Source: Anaeromyxobacter sp. (GTDB lineage Bacteria; Myxococcota; Myxococcia; Myxococcales; Anaeromyxobacteraceae). From it: a DNA stretch of 64,000 bases. The notes beneath the pieces were generated by a model, which saw nothing but the letters and a program-made list of their open reading frames with translations, did not search any database and had not been told where the DNA came from. Position numbers and translations under genes: made by a program. Location of the stretch: NCBI GenBank assembly GCA_046351695.1, contig JAXLYA010000004.1, forward strand, positions 171,265 to 235,264. Direction: 5' to 3'. Shown here piece by piece: positions 35,772 to 46,207 of the stretch (position 1 is the stretch's first letter; every line of letters starts with the position of its first letter).

Positions 35772-36692
35772 GTGACCGCCACGGACCCCATCAACCTCGA
35801 GGAGGTCGTGCGCGCCGGCCGCGTGCTCTTCGGGCCGGGCTTCGCCGCCGACCAGGCGTGGTGGCGCGACGCGCTCCGCTCGACGTACCGGCGCCGCTCG
35901 TTCGAGACGCACCCCGACCGCGCGCGCAGCCTCGGCCGCTCCGAGACCGACCTCGCGCGCGAGTTCCAGTCGGTCACCGAGGCGTACCGGATCCTCTCGC
36001 AGATGCGCGCCGGCCCGCTGCCCGCGCCCAGCACCGTCGCCGATCCGCCGCGCGGCCGGCCGAAGGAGCCGCCGCGGGCTCACCGGACCGCGCATCGCGC
36101 CGCCACGAACACCGGCTCCGCCGGCCCGCGCCCGACGCCCCGGCCACGCCCGCCGCCGCCTCCGCCGCGCCAGGCCCCGCCGCGCGCCCCCGAGGCGCCG
36201 CCGCCCTCGCAGCGCTCCGCCTCGGCGCGCGCCGGCGCCCGCGCCTGGCCGCCCGGCTCCTTCGGCGCGCCGCGCGTGCGCCACTCCGTGCGGCCCGAGG
36301 ACCTGCCGCGGCGCCGGCTGCGCTTCGCCGAGTTCCTCTACTACTCGGGCCGCGTGCCGTGGACGGTGTTCGTGGACGCGCTGGTCTGGCAGCGCGCGCA
36401 GCGGCCGGCGCTGGGCCGCATCGCCGTCGAGTTCGGGTTCCTCACGCCCGAGGAGGTCATGGCCATCCTCGAGCGCCGCCGCCTCGCGGCCGCGCAGCAG
36501 ACGCCGTTCGGCGAGTACGCGCTCGCGCTCGGGTACGTGACCCCGTTCCAGCTCCTCGTGATGCTCGGCCAGCAGCTCCGGCTGCAGCGCCGCATCGGCG
36601 AGTTCTTCGTGGAGCGCGGGCACATCGAGGAGGGCGACGTGGACGAGCTCCGCGCCCGCCTCATGAAGCACAACCTCCACTTCACGCACTGA
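35772..36692 (+). CDS. J-domain (DnaJ-like) protein with a Pro-rich linker and a C-terminal T2SS-E-N/MshEN-like domain
   Basis: GTG start. LRSTYRRRSFETHPDRA (HPD motif) ...EFQSVTEAYRIL, then a PRPRPPPPPP linker and C-terminal FGEYALALGYVTPFQLLVMLGQQ. Confidence 0.7.
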   Translation: MTATDPINLEEVVRAGRVLFGPGFAADQAWWRDALRSTYRRRSFETHPDRARSLGRSETDLAREFQSVTEAYRILSQMRAGPLPAPSTVADPPRGRPKEPPRAHRTAHRAATNTGSAGPRPTPRPRPPPPPPRQAPPRAPEAPPPSQRSASARAGARAWPPGSFGAPRVRHSVRPEDLPRRRLRFAEFLYYSGRVPWTVFVDALVWQRAQRPALGRIAVEFGFLTPEEVMAILERRRLAAAQQTPFGEYALALGYVTPFQLLVMLGQQLRLQRRIGEFFVERGHIEEGDVDELRARLMKHNLHFTH

Positions 36693-36867
36693 GTTGCACG
36701 GGGCCGCTGCGAAGCGCCCGGCGGAGCGGAGCTCATGGAGCCCCACCCCTGGATCTGCTCCGCTTCGCTTCGCCCCCCTCCGAAAGTCAGGAGCCGGTCA
36801 CCGCCAGGGGAAGCGGGACCGGCTCGATGGGGGACCGCGGGCTCTCGGTTCCGCGGGGGGTGCGACG

Positions 36868-37089
36868 CTACGCGACGACCTCGATGGTGGAGCCCTGCTT
36901 CGGCAGCACCTGCACCGGCGCCGGCGGGGGGGTGTTGCCGGCGGGTGCGGTGGCGAGCTTCGAGCCGGCGTTCGCGGTGCTCGCGGCCGTCTCGATGAGC
37001 TTCAGGGCCTGCTGCCCCTGCACGTCCTCGTTCGAGCGGACGATGTTGAGGGTCGCGGCCTGGAGCTCTGCGCCGATGGCGTTCTTCAT
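36868..37089 (-). CDS. YjfB-like putative motility protein (73 aa)
   Basis: Internal ATG 37089 with a GGAGGA SD. MKNAIGAELQAATLNIVRSNEDVQGQQALKLIETAAS resembles the YjfB family pattern (...V..L.K..D.Q.QQAL.L...). Confidence 0.55.
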   Translation of the reverse strand: MKNAIGAELQAATLNIVRSNEDVQGQQALKLIETAASTANAGSKLATAPAGNTPPPAPVQVLPKQGSTIEVVA

Positions 37090-37125
37090 GCGGGTCCTCC
37101 GTCTCGGTGTTGCAGGCCGGGGATG

Positions 37126-37140
37126 AGCAAGGACCGGGCC
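37126..37140 (-). promoter_or_regulatory. Candidate sigma-54 (-24/-12) promoter for the yjfB-like gene
   Basis: The minus strand reads GGCCCGGTCCTTGCT against the consensus (T)GGCACG-N4-TTGC(A/T). The GG-N10-GC spacing is exact. It lies 36 nt upstream of the ATG at 37089. Confidence 0.35.
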
Positions 37141-37240
37141 CGCCGGCCGATCCGCCAAGTGGGCAGGATCGGCCGGGTTCGAGGGCGGTCACGGTGGTCG
37201 GCGGGCGCCCCTGGGTCAGGGCGCGGGGGGTCGGCCGGCT

Positions 37241-38404
37241 TCAGGTGTGGGTGCCGGACTCACGGCTCCCGACGGGGAGCCGCAGCCGGAACGTCGTTCC
37301 GGCCGCGGAGGTCGTGAAGTCCACCCGGCCGCCCAGCATCCGCTCCCCGAAGAGCTGCATGGCGAACGTGCCGAGGCCGCGCCCGGTGCCGGGCTTGGTC
37401 GAGAAGTGCCGCTGGAACACCCGCGCCCGGATCGCCTCCGGGACGGTGCGGGGGTTCGTGACCTCGAGCAGGAGGTCGCCGCCCTCGAGCCGCGCCGAGA
37501 GCGTCACCTCGTCGCCCTCGCCGCTCGCCTCGCAGGCGTTGAGCAGCATGTTCACGAGGACGTGCTGGACGAGGAGCGGGTCGGTCGGGAGCGCCACGAC
37601 CGGCGCGGGGTGCACCCGGATGTTCCTCCCCCGTGCCGCGGGGCTGTGGGCGAGCGCCGCGTGCGCCCGGACGAGGAGGTCCTGCGCGCGGGTGATGACG
37701 CGCGAGGGCCGGTAGCCGGCCGGGTCGTCGGACACGAGGGCCCGGTGGAGGCCGATCTCCTTGAGGAGCTGGGCCGACAGCATGCGCGCGTCGCTCACCA
37801 CCTCCGCGTCGGGAGGCTGGCCCGGGGCGAGCTCGGCCACCACGCCCGAGAGCCCGTGCGCGAGGTTGGCGAGGTCGTGGGTGAAGGCGCGCTCGACCTC
37901 CGCGTGCCGTTGCTCGCCCGTGACGTCGGTGAGCGCGATCACGACGAACCGCACGCCCTCGAGCTCGAGCGGGGCCGCGCGCACCTTCAGCATGCGGGAT
38001 CCGCCGGCGGCGAGCTTGAGCGCGCAGCTGCGCTCGGTGTCCCCGTGCCGGCTCGCGGCGACGATCCCCGCGGCGAGGCCGCAGCTCGCGCACGGCACGC
38101 AGGTGCCGCAGCCGTCGGGGCCGCTGGCGGGGAACGCGCACCCGAGCACCTCGCCCGGGCGCGCGCCGAGGACCGACTCGGGCGCCGCGTCGCCGACCAG
38201 CGCGAGCCAGGCGGGGTTGTAGGCGACGATGACCCGCTGCGCGTCCACCACCGCCGCGGCCGCGGCCGTGCTCCGCAGGAGCGCGGTCACGATGGGGCTG
38301 TCCGTGACGCGGGCGATCTCCTCCCGCAGCGCTTCGGGCGACGGGCGCCCCGCGGGAAGGTGGTGCGTGTCCTGCGACCTCCCGGCTCCGGGTCCGTCGG
38401 TCAT
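37241..38404 (-). CDS. Soluble PAS-type sensor histidine kinase with a Cys cluster in the sensor domain
   Basis: Start MTDGPGAG at 38404. PAS-like VVDAQRVIVAYNPAW, cluster C-x9-C-x2-C-x2-C-x2-C (GCAFPASGPDGCGTCVPCASCG), H-box FTHDLANLA, and an ATPase N/G boxes region NMLLNACEA...GTGRGLG. Confidence 0.8.
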   Translation of the reverse strand: MTDGPGAGRSQDTHHLPAGRPSPEALREEIARVTDSPIVTALLRSTAAAAAVVDAQRVIVAYNPAWLALVGDAAPESVLGARPGEVLGCAFPASGPDGCGTCVPCASCGLAAGIVAASRHGDTERSCALKLAAGGSRMLKVRAAPLELEGVRFVVIALTDVTGEQRHAEVERAFTHDLANLAHGLSGVVAELAPGQPPDAEVVSDARMLSAQLLKEIGLHRALVSDDPAGYRPSRVITRAQDLLVRAHAALAHSPAARGRNIRVHPAPVVALPTDPLLVQHVLVNMLLNACEASGEGDEVTLSARLEGGDLLLEVTNPRTVPEAIRARVFQRHFSTKPGTGRGLGTFAMQLFGERMLGGRVDFTTSAAGTTFRLRLPVGSRESGTHT

Positions 38405-38455
38405 GGCGACCCCCCGGAGGCGAGGATGGTCCGTTTCACCACCCGTTGGCAATCC

Positions 38456-40027
38456 TCAGCCGTGGGACTCCCCCGGCTCCGTCACCCAGGGCGCGAGGAA
38501 GAAGAGGAGCGCCACCGCGCCGTAGCCGGCGGCCCACGGCCAGGCGGGCCCCAGGGCGAGGGTGGTGTCCGCGCCGACGTAGGCGAAGCCGTGCATGAGG
38601 CCGGCGAGCGAGAGGACCGCGGCCGCGAGCATCCAGAGCCCCCCGCGCACGAAGCGCCGCTCGATGACCGCGACCGTCGCGGCGGCGAGGATCATCGAGG
38701 TGAAGATGAAGCCCTGCTCGAGGGCGAACGCGCCCTTGATCCAGGTGTCGGAGCGGAGGAACGCGTCCTCGACGCCCGCGGTGAACGGCGCCGGGCCCGC
38801 CGCTGCGGCGCGCACGCCTGCCTTCGCGAGCGTCGCGCCCCAGGCGCCGAGCGCCGGCAGGAGGCCCACCACCACCGCCGGCGCGTGCTCCTTCGGCACC
38901 GCCTGGAACGCCTGCGCCGCGATGACGAGGCCGATCCAGAGGACGATGGCCATGCCCGCGTCGATCGGGACCGCCCACGCGATGGTGCCCACCGTGCCGG
39001 TGAGCGCGATGACGGTCACGAAGGCGCCGTTCAGCACCGAGTAGCCGGAGCGCGCCCCGAGCGCCTTCCAGCCCGGGTGGCCGATGTAGATCGTGGTCGG
39101 GAAGGGCGAGCCGAAGAGCGCCGCCGCGAGGGAGCCCACGCCGTTCACGAAGAGCGACGGCGCCGTCTCGTAGGCGTCGCCCGCCGCCTCCGCCGACTCG
39201 ATGTTCTGGAGCGAGCCGACGACGTTGAAGAGCCCCATCGGCACGATCACCGACGCGTAGGTCGCGACGAGCCGCGGGTCGAGCGACGCGAGGAGGTCCC
39301 CGAGCACGGGGACGGGCAGCGCGAGCGCGGGCGGCGCGGGCGCGGCGCCGGAGGGGGCGAGCCCCGTGAGCCAGGCGAGCAGCGTGCCGAGCGCGACCGC
39401 GACGAGGCCACCGGGCACGCGCCCGCGGAAGCGCACGTGGCCGAAGTAGGTGAGGAGCACCACGCCGAGCGTGACGAGGCCGACCACCGGCCGCGCGAAG
39501 GTGCGGAACAGGAAGCCGAGCGAGATGAACCCGAGCGCGATGCCGGCGAGCGTGGAGAGGAGCGCCGCCCGCGGTGTCGCGCGGCGGATGCGCTCGGCCA
39601 CGAAGGCGCCGCCGCCCTCGATGACCGCGGAGCCCAGGCAGGCGAGGAGCCCGGCCTGCCACGCCGCGGTCGCCGGGTCCGGGTGCCCGGCGGCCTCGGC
39701 CGCGAGCTTCGCCGGGAGCATCACGAGGAAGACGTGGCCGAAGAGCGAGACGGTGTTGATGCCGTACGGCAGCGCGCAGACGTCCGCGCGCCCGGTGCGC
39801 GCCGCGAGCCGCCGCGCCTGCCACGCGTAGAAGAGGTTGCCGAGCAGGATCGACACCGCCGCGCCCGGCAGGATCCGCCCGTACACGAGCGCGGCCGGGA
39901 AGCCCAGCACGCCGCGGCAGAGCGCGTCGACGAGGAGGAGCTGGACGAGGTTGTCGAGGGCGAGCCCGAAGAAGCCGTCGAGGTCGCCCCGCACGAGGAG
40001 GGGGGGCCGGGTGGTGGTCGCGGACAC
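38456..40027 (-). CDS. NCS2/AzgA-type purine (adenine/guanine/hypoxanthine) permease
   Basis: DLDGFFGLALDNLVQLL..., about 13 hydrophobic segments, and PYGINTVSLF and TTIYIGHPGWKALGARSGYS motifs typical of the family. Confidence 0.75.
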   Translation of the reverse strand: MSATTTRPPLLVRGDLDGFFGLALDNLVQLLLVDALCRGVLGFPAALVYGRILPGAAVSILLGNLFYAWQARRLAARTGRADVCALPYGINTVSLFGHVFLVMLPAKLAAEAAGHPDPATAAWQAGLLACLGSAVIEGGGAFVAERIRRATPRAALLSTLAGIALGFISLGFLFRTFARPVVGLVTLGVVLLTYFGHVRFRGRVPGGLVAVALGTLLAWLTGLAPSGAAPAPPALALPVPVLGDLLASLDPRLVATYASVIVPMGLFNVVGSLQNIESAEAAGDAYETAPSLFVNGVGSLAAALFGSPFPTTIYIGHPGWKALGARSGYSVLNGAFVTVIALTGTVGTIAWAVPIDAGMAIVLWIGLVIAAQAFQAVPKEHAPAVVVGLLPALGAWGATLAKAGVRAAAAGPAPFTAGVEDAFLRSDTWIKGAFALEQGFIFTSMILAAATVAVIERRFVRGGLWMLAAAVLSLAGLMHGFAYVGADTTLALGPAWPWAAGYGAVALLFFLAPWVTEPGESHG

Positions 40028-40039
40028 GATGCCCCGATG

Positions 40040-40651
40040 TTACCCGAGCGCGCCGTCCGTCCGGCGGAACACCAGCAGCCGGTCGCCCTCCTCCGGCATC
40101 GGGACGTCGGCGGCGAGCACGAGCCCGCGCCGGGCGGCGGCGGCCACGAGGGCGTCGCCGTCGCGCACGCCGAGCGCGGGGTCGTGGGCGCGGAGCTTCC
40201 CGTCGATGCGCCTCAGGCGCTCGCCCATCGGCGCGCCGCCGCGGGTGAACGGGCCGTACACGGCGAGCGGCCCGCCCAGGGGCAGCACGCGGGCGGCGCC
40301 GGCCCAGAGCGCCTCCGCGCAGGCGGGCGGCGCGGCGTGGAGGACGTTGAGGCAGAGGAGCGCGTCGGCGCTGCGGGCGGTCCAGGCGGGTGCGAGGAGA
40401 TCGAGGTCGAGGGGCGCGAGCAGGTTCGGGAGGCGCGCCTCGGCGGACCACGCCCGGATCGAGGCGCGCGCCTCGGGGTCCGGATCGGAGGGCTGGAAGG
40501 TGAGGCGCGGGAAGGTCGCGGCGAGGTGCAGCGCGTGCTCGCCGGTGCCGCTGCCGAGCTCGAGCACGAGCCCGGTCCGGGGCAGGTGGTCCCGGAGCGC
40601 GGCGGCGATGGGCGCGCGGTTCGCGAGGGCGGCGGCGGCGGTGCGCTTCAC
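40040..40651 (-). CDS. DUF938-type SAM-dependent methyltransferase
   Basis: GTG start at 40651 (MKRTAAAALANRAPIAAAL). LELGSGTGEHALHLA (SAM motif I), LCLNVLHAAP. Sequence upstream in the 551-aa track ORF is shadow. Confidence 0.7.
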   Translation of the reverse strand: MKRTAAAALANRAPIAAALRDHLPRTGLVLELGSGTGEHALHLAATFPRLTFQPSDPDPEARASIRAWSAEARLPNLLAPLDLDLLAPAWTARSADALLCLNVLHAAPPACAEALWAGAARVLPLGGPLAVYGPFTRGGAPMGERLRRIDGKLRAHDPALGVRDGDALVAAAARRGLVLAADVPMPEEGDRLLVFRRTDGALG

Positions 40652-40678
40652 GGTGGGAAGGGCTACGCTGAACGAACC

Positions 40679-41779
40679 ATGCCCTCCGCCGCCCGCCTCG
40701 TCCACCGCGCCGCGCTCGTCGCCGCGCTCGCCGCCGCCCCGCTCGCGACGCGGGGCGCCCCGGACGTGGCGGGCGTCCGCCGCACCTTCCCGGTGGCCGA
40801 GGCCGGTGCGCTCTCGGTCGAGGTGCCGAGGGGCTGGAGGGTCCGCTCGGCCACGCTCGGGCCCGGCGCCCCGCCGTCGATCCGCCTCGACGCGCCGGGC
40901 GGCGGCGCGCTCTTCCTCGCCCCGGCCCCGGACCCGGAGGGCGAGGGGCTCGACGCGGCCCGGCTGTACGCGGACCTCGCCCGTCACGAGGCGATCGCCT
41001 CCGCGGGCGGCGAGCCCGACCTCGAGACCCTCACCGGTCCGGACGGCGCCGCGCTCGGGTACCTGTTCAGCGCCACGGATCGCGGCTACCGCCGGCCCGC
41101 GAAGGGCGAGGAACGCTGGCGGAACCTCGTCCGGGGGGCGGTCGTCGCGGGCCGCCTGGTCGTGAAGTTCACCTGGTTCGACGACGCGCCGGGCCCGGGC
41201 CGGGCGCGGGCGCTCGCGATCGTGCGGGGCGCGCGCCACGAGCCGGAGGCGGCGGCGCCGGCCCCGGCGCCGCCCGAAGGCGAGGGGAAGTTCGAGCTCA
41301 CCCCGGATCCCCGCGCGAGCACGGTGCCGCTCGCCGTGCAGGAGCCCGGCGGCGCGTTCACCGTCCTCGTCGACCTGCCCGGCTTCAAGCTCTACGCGCC
41401 GCGCGCCTCGCCGGACGGCGCCGGCACGCTCGTGCTCGGCGAGGATCCCGGGAGCGGCATCGTGGCGTCGGTCACCATCGGCCCCGCCGACGGCGCCGCC
41501 GACGCGCGCGCGTGCCGCGAGGCGAAGCTCGCGCGCCTCCGGAAGGCCGCGCCCGACCTCGGCGAGGTGCGCACCGCCGAGGCCGGGGAGACGGCGCGCC
41601 TCAGCTATGCGCTCCGGGAGCTCCGCGGCCGCGAGGTCCGCCAGGAGCACGCGCACACCTTCCTCCTCCGCGCCGGGCGGTGCGTCGACGTGCACGCCTC
41701 GAAGGCGGACCCCGCGCCGGGGGATGGGGCGACGCTCCAGAAGATCCTCGCGACCGCGCGTTTCGCGACCACGCTCTAG
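40679..41779 (+). CDS. Hypothetical secreted protein
   Basis: The ATG at 40679 gives the signal peptide MPSAARLVHRAALVAALAAAPLATRG. Normal composition and high GC3. It is the real tail of the 1510-aa shadow ORF. Confidence 0.55.
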   Translation: MPSAARLVHRAALVAALAAAPLATRGAPDVAGVRRTFPVAEAGALSVEVPRGWRVRSATLGPGAPPSIRLDAPGGGALFLAPAPDPEGEGLDAARLYADLARHEAIASAGGEPDLETLTGPDGAALGYLFSATDRGYRRPAKGEERWRNLVRGAVVAGRLVVKFTWFDDAPGPGRARALAIVRGARHEPEAAAPAPAPPEGEGKFELTPDPRASTVPLAVQEPGGAFTVLVDLPGFKLYAPRASPDGAGTLVLGEDPGSGIVASVTIGPADGAADARACREAKLARLRKAAPDLGEVRTAEAGETARLSYALRELRGREVRQEHAHTFLLRAGRCVDVHASKADPAPGDGATLQKILATARFATTL

Positions 41780-41796
41780 CGATAGAGTGGCGGGCC

Positions 41797-43442
<1,646 letters not shown>

Positions 43443-43443
<1 letters not shown>

Positions 43444-43495
43444 CGTCCCTCGACTCCGGGCCCGCTGGCGCGGGCCCTACGCTCGGGATGGACGG
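43443..43495 (+). repeat. Intergenic repeat family 1, copy 2
   Basis: Starts directly after the amylase TAG. GC hairpin GGGCCCGC-tggc-GCGGGCCC. See 33134-33182. Confidence 0.7.
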
Positions 43496-43506
43496 ACCGA
43501 GAACAC

Positions 43507-44271
43507 ATGGAATCTACCCGGCTCGAGCACCGCGCGTCGTTCACCGTCCACACCTTCGAGGTCGACGCCTTCGGCGCGCTGGAGGTCCCGGCGCTCTCCG
43601 GCTTCCTGGGCGAGATCGCGGGGCGCCACGCCCAGGAGCTCGGCGTCGGCATGGAGGCGATGTTCTCGCGCGGGATCACCTGGGTGCTCGGGCGCCAGCG
43701 CATCGAGGTGCCGGCCGAGGTGCGGCTCGGCGACGTGCTCGAGGTCGTCACCTGGCCGGCCGGGATCGAGAAGCTCGTCGCGATGCGGCACTTCCGGGTG
43801 CTGCGGGGCGAGGAGGTCGTCGCGCAGGCGACCTCGCACTGGCTCGTGCTCGACCTCGCGACGCGCCGGCCGCGGCCGCCCGCCGAGGTGGTCGACCCGC
43901 GCCTCCCGCGCGCGGTGCTCCCGCCCGTCGTGCCGCCGCCCTCGAAGCTCCCCGCCCTCGAGGCCTGGGACGAGGACCGCAGGTTCACGGTCCGTTACTC
44001 GGACATCGACATGAACCTCCACGTCACGAACACGAGCTACGTGGCGTGGGCGGTCGAGGCCGTGCCGAAGGAGGTGTGGAAGGCCCGCCGGCTCGCCTCG
44101 GTGGACGTCTCCTTCCTCGCCGAGTGCCACCACGGCGCCGCGATCCGCTCCCGCGTGAAGCAGACCGGCGAGGGGACCTTCGCGCACGCCATCGTGCGCG
44201 AGGAGGACGGGAAGGAGCTCGCCCGCCTCGCGACCGGGTGGGTGCCGCGCGTGGGCACGCGGGTTGCGTAG
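43507..44271 (+). CDS. Acyl-ACP thioesterase family protein (double hotdog)
   Basis: FTVHTFEVDAFG.., ITWVL.R..IEV, and a second half VRYSDIDMNLHVTNTSYVAW. Confidence 0.75.
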   Translation: MESTRLEHRASFTVHTFEVDAFGALEVPALSGFLGEIAGRHAQELGVGMEAMFSRGITWVLGRQRIEVPAEVRLGDVLEVVTWPAGIEKLVAMRHFRVLRGEEVVAQATSHWLVLDLATRRPRPPAEVVDPRLPRAVLPPVVPPPSKLPALEAWDEDRRFTVRYSDIDMNLHVTNTSYVAWAVEAVPKEVWKARRLASVDVSFLAECHHGAAIRSRVKQTGEGTFAHAIVREEDGKELARLATGWVPRVGTRVA

Positions 44272-44301
44272 CCCGCCTCCGGATCCCTTCCGGAGGCCCG
44301 C

Positions 44302-44919
44302 ATGCCCTCGTCTCGCCTCGCGGCGTGTCTCGCCGCCCTCACCCTGTCCGTGTCCGCCCCGACGCACGCCGCGGCCGCGGCGCCGCTCCCGGCCGTCGCG
44401 CTCCAGCCGGGGGACCTCGTGTTCCAGGCCTCGCGGAGCCGGCAGGCTGCCGGCATCCGGCTCGCGACCGGCAGCCGCTGGTCGCACGTCGCGATCGTCG
44501 AGCGTGCCGGGCACGGCGCGACGGTGCTCGAGGCGATCGAGCCCGTCTCGCGGACCTCCTGGGAGCGCTGGCGGCGGCGCGGGATCGGCGAGGTCCTGGT
44601 GCTGCGCGTGCGCGGCCTCGACCCCGCCGCGAAGGCCCGCGCGGTCGCCGAGGCGCGCCGCTTCCTCGGCAAGCCCTACGACGCACGCTTCGGCTGGGGT
44701 GACGACCGGCTCTACTGCTCGGAGCTCGTCGTGAAGGCCTACGAGCGCGGCGCGGGCCTCGTGCTCGGCCGGCGGCAGAAGCTCGGCGAGCTCGCCATCG
44801 CGCCGGTGAAGGGCGCCATCCGCGAGCGGTGGGGGAAGGTGCCGGACGACCTCGAGCTCGTCACGCCCGCGTCCATCGCGGACGATCCGCGGCTCGAGGT
44901 CGTGTACCGCGGGCCGTGA
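44302..44919 (+). CDS. YiiX/DUF830 permuted papain-like (NlpC/P60 superfamily) secreted protein
   Basis: Signal peptide, then LQPGDLVFQ, SRWSHVAIV, GKPYDARFGWGDDRLYCSELV (catalytic Cys). Confidence 0.7.
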   Translation: MPSSRLAACLAALTLSVSAPTHAAAAAPLPAVALQPGDLVFQASRSRQAAGIRLATGSRWSHVAIVERAGHGATVLEAIEPVSRTSWERWRRRGIGEVLVLRVRGLDPAAKARAVAEARRFLGKPYDARFGWGDDRLYCSELVVKAYERGAGLVLGRRQKLGELAIAPVKGAIRERWGKVPDDLELVTPASIADDPRLEVVYRGP

Positions 44920-44928
44920 GCGGTCCCG

Positions 44929-44967
44929 CGCACGCCCCGAAGGTGACTCCACCGGTGGAGCGCATGG
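44929..44967 (+). repeat. Intergenic repeat family 2, copy 2
   Basis: See 24601-24639. It contains the perfect 14-nt palindrome CTCCACCGGTGGAG and lies between convergent genes. Confidence 0.7.
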
Positions 44968-44991
44968 CGCATCCAGGGGTCAGGCGGTTGC

Positions 44992-45351
44992 TCAGCCGTC
45001 GAGCCAGCTGTTCCCTGCGCCGGTGCAGGAGGACTTCACGAGCTGGAGCTCGTCGGCGGTCAGCCCGTAGTAGGCGTAGATGACCTGCATCGCCCCGGCG
45101 CCCGCCACGCACCGGCCCGAGCGCCCGGCCTCGGGGCAAGACGCGGTGGAGAACGTCCCGCCGGTGGAGGCGCAGCTCGTCTGGAGCTGCTGCAGCTGGA
45201 ACTGATCGATCCCGCGGTGCTCATGACAGATCGCCGGCGACTCGATGCACGAGCCCGCCAGCCCGCCGCCCGCCGGGCCACCGTCGCTGGAGCCGCCGCC
45301 GCACGCCGAGAGGGCGAGGCCGAGCCCCGCCGCCATCCAGAGCCGTGTCAT
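44992..45351 (-). CDS. Small Cys-rich lipoprotein (119 aa), divergent from the ECF sigma operon
   Basis: ATG 45351 with a GGAGGG SD. Lipobox LALSAC, a G/S linker, and 7 further Cys (SCIESPAICHEH...TSCAS...ASCPE...GRCV...SSCTG). Confidence 0.6.
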   Translation of the reverse strand: MTRLWMAAGLGLALSACGGGSSDGGPAGGGLAGSCIESPAICHEHRGIDQFQLQQLQTSCASTGGTFSTASCPEAGRSGRCVAGAGAMQVIYAYYGLTADELQLVKSSCTGAGNSWLDG

Positions 45352-45604
45352 GCTGTTCACCCTCCGTGCTGAAAGAGGCGTGGAGAGAACGGGCCGTCTC
45401 CCCCGTTTCGGATGGTGAAAGCGTTCCACGCACCCGACGGCCCGGCAACGGCTGGGATGACGCACCCTGCCAATCGCCTTCAACCCTGCGTCCTGTCTCG
45501 GCTACCGGCGCACCCTCCCATTTCGAGGGCTGCGCGGTCGCGCGCGCCCGGCCACCTTCGAGGCCTTCAACGAACCGCTGGCCGGGGTGTTCCTCGGAGC
45601 GTCC

Positions 45605-46207
45605 ATGTCCGGCAGACCGGCGACCGTCGTTCCGCTCACGCCGCCCGCTTCGCTCGCGGAGCGGGACGACGACGCGCTCATGGAGCTCGCCGCGGCGGAC
45701 CACCCGGCCGCGTTCGAGGTGCTGGCGCACCGCCACGCCGCGCGGCTCGCGCGCTACTGCGCGAAGTTCCTCGGCGACGTGCGCGCCGGCGAGGACGTCG
45801 CGCAGGACGTGCTCGTGGAGGTCTGGCGCGCGCGCCACCGCTACCAGGGGCGCGGGCGCTTCCAGGTGTTCCTCCTCACCCTCGCGCGCAACCGCTGCCG
45901 CAACGCGATCCGCGACGAGGGCCGCCGCTGGACGGCGGCCGACGGGGCGGCGGCGACGCCCGCGCTGCGGCCCGACGACCCAGGCCAGCTCGAGGAGCTG
46001 CTGCGGCTCGAGCGCGAGCGGAAGGTCCGCGCCGCGCTGGGCCTCCTCCCGGAGAAGCTCCGCGAGGCGGTCCTCCTCCGGTTCGACCAGGGGCTCGCGT
46101 ACGCCGACATCGCGCGCCTGGTCCACCGGCCGGAGGTGACGGTGCGGTCGCGGGTGTTCCACGGGCTGAAGCGCCTCCGGCAGGCGCTGGGAGAGAAGGC
46201 ACCATGA
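45605..46207 (+). CDS. ECF-type RNA polymerase sigma-70 family factor
   Basis: Region 2: FEVLAHRHAARLARYCAKFLGD...EDVAQDVLVEVW. Region 4: LPEKLREAVLLRFDQGLAYADIARLVHRPEVTVRSRVFHGLKRL. The start could also be the GTG at 45587. Confidence 0.85.
   Translation: MSGRPATVVPLTPPASLAERDDDALMELAAADHPAAFEVLAHRHAARLARYCAKFLGDVRAGEDVAQDVLVEVWRARHRYQGRGRFQVFLLTLARNRCRNAIRDEGRRWTAADGAAATPALRPDDPGQLEELLRLERERKVRAALGLLPEKLREAVLLRFDQGLAYADIARLVHRPEVTVRSRVFHGLKRLRQALGEKAP

Noticed and set aside
37247-41779. 1510-aa plus-strand ORF, the longest in the track
   Set aside because: Except for its last 366 codons (real gene 40679-41779), the translation is R/G/E/A/P-rich with poor third-position GC. It is antisense to well-supported genes (kinase, permease, DUF938). 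This is a typical shadow ORF of a high-GC genome.
45352-45604. ECF-type autoregulated promoter (GGAAC-N16-17-CGT) upstream of the sigma gene; GCCTTCAAC occurs twice about 90 nt apart
   Set aside because: No pairing of a -35 AAC motif with a correctly spaced CGT -10 could be found, so no promoter is called. The duplicated 9-mer is too short to interpret.
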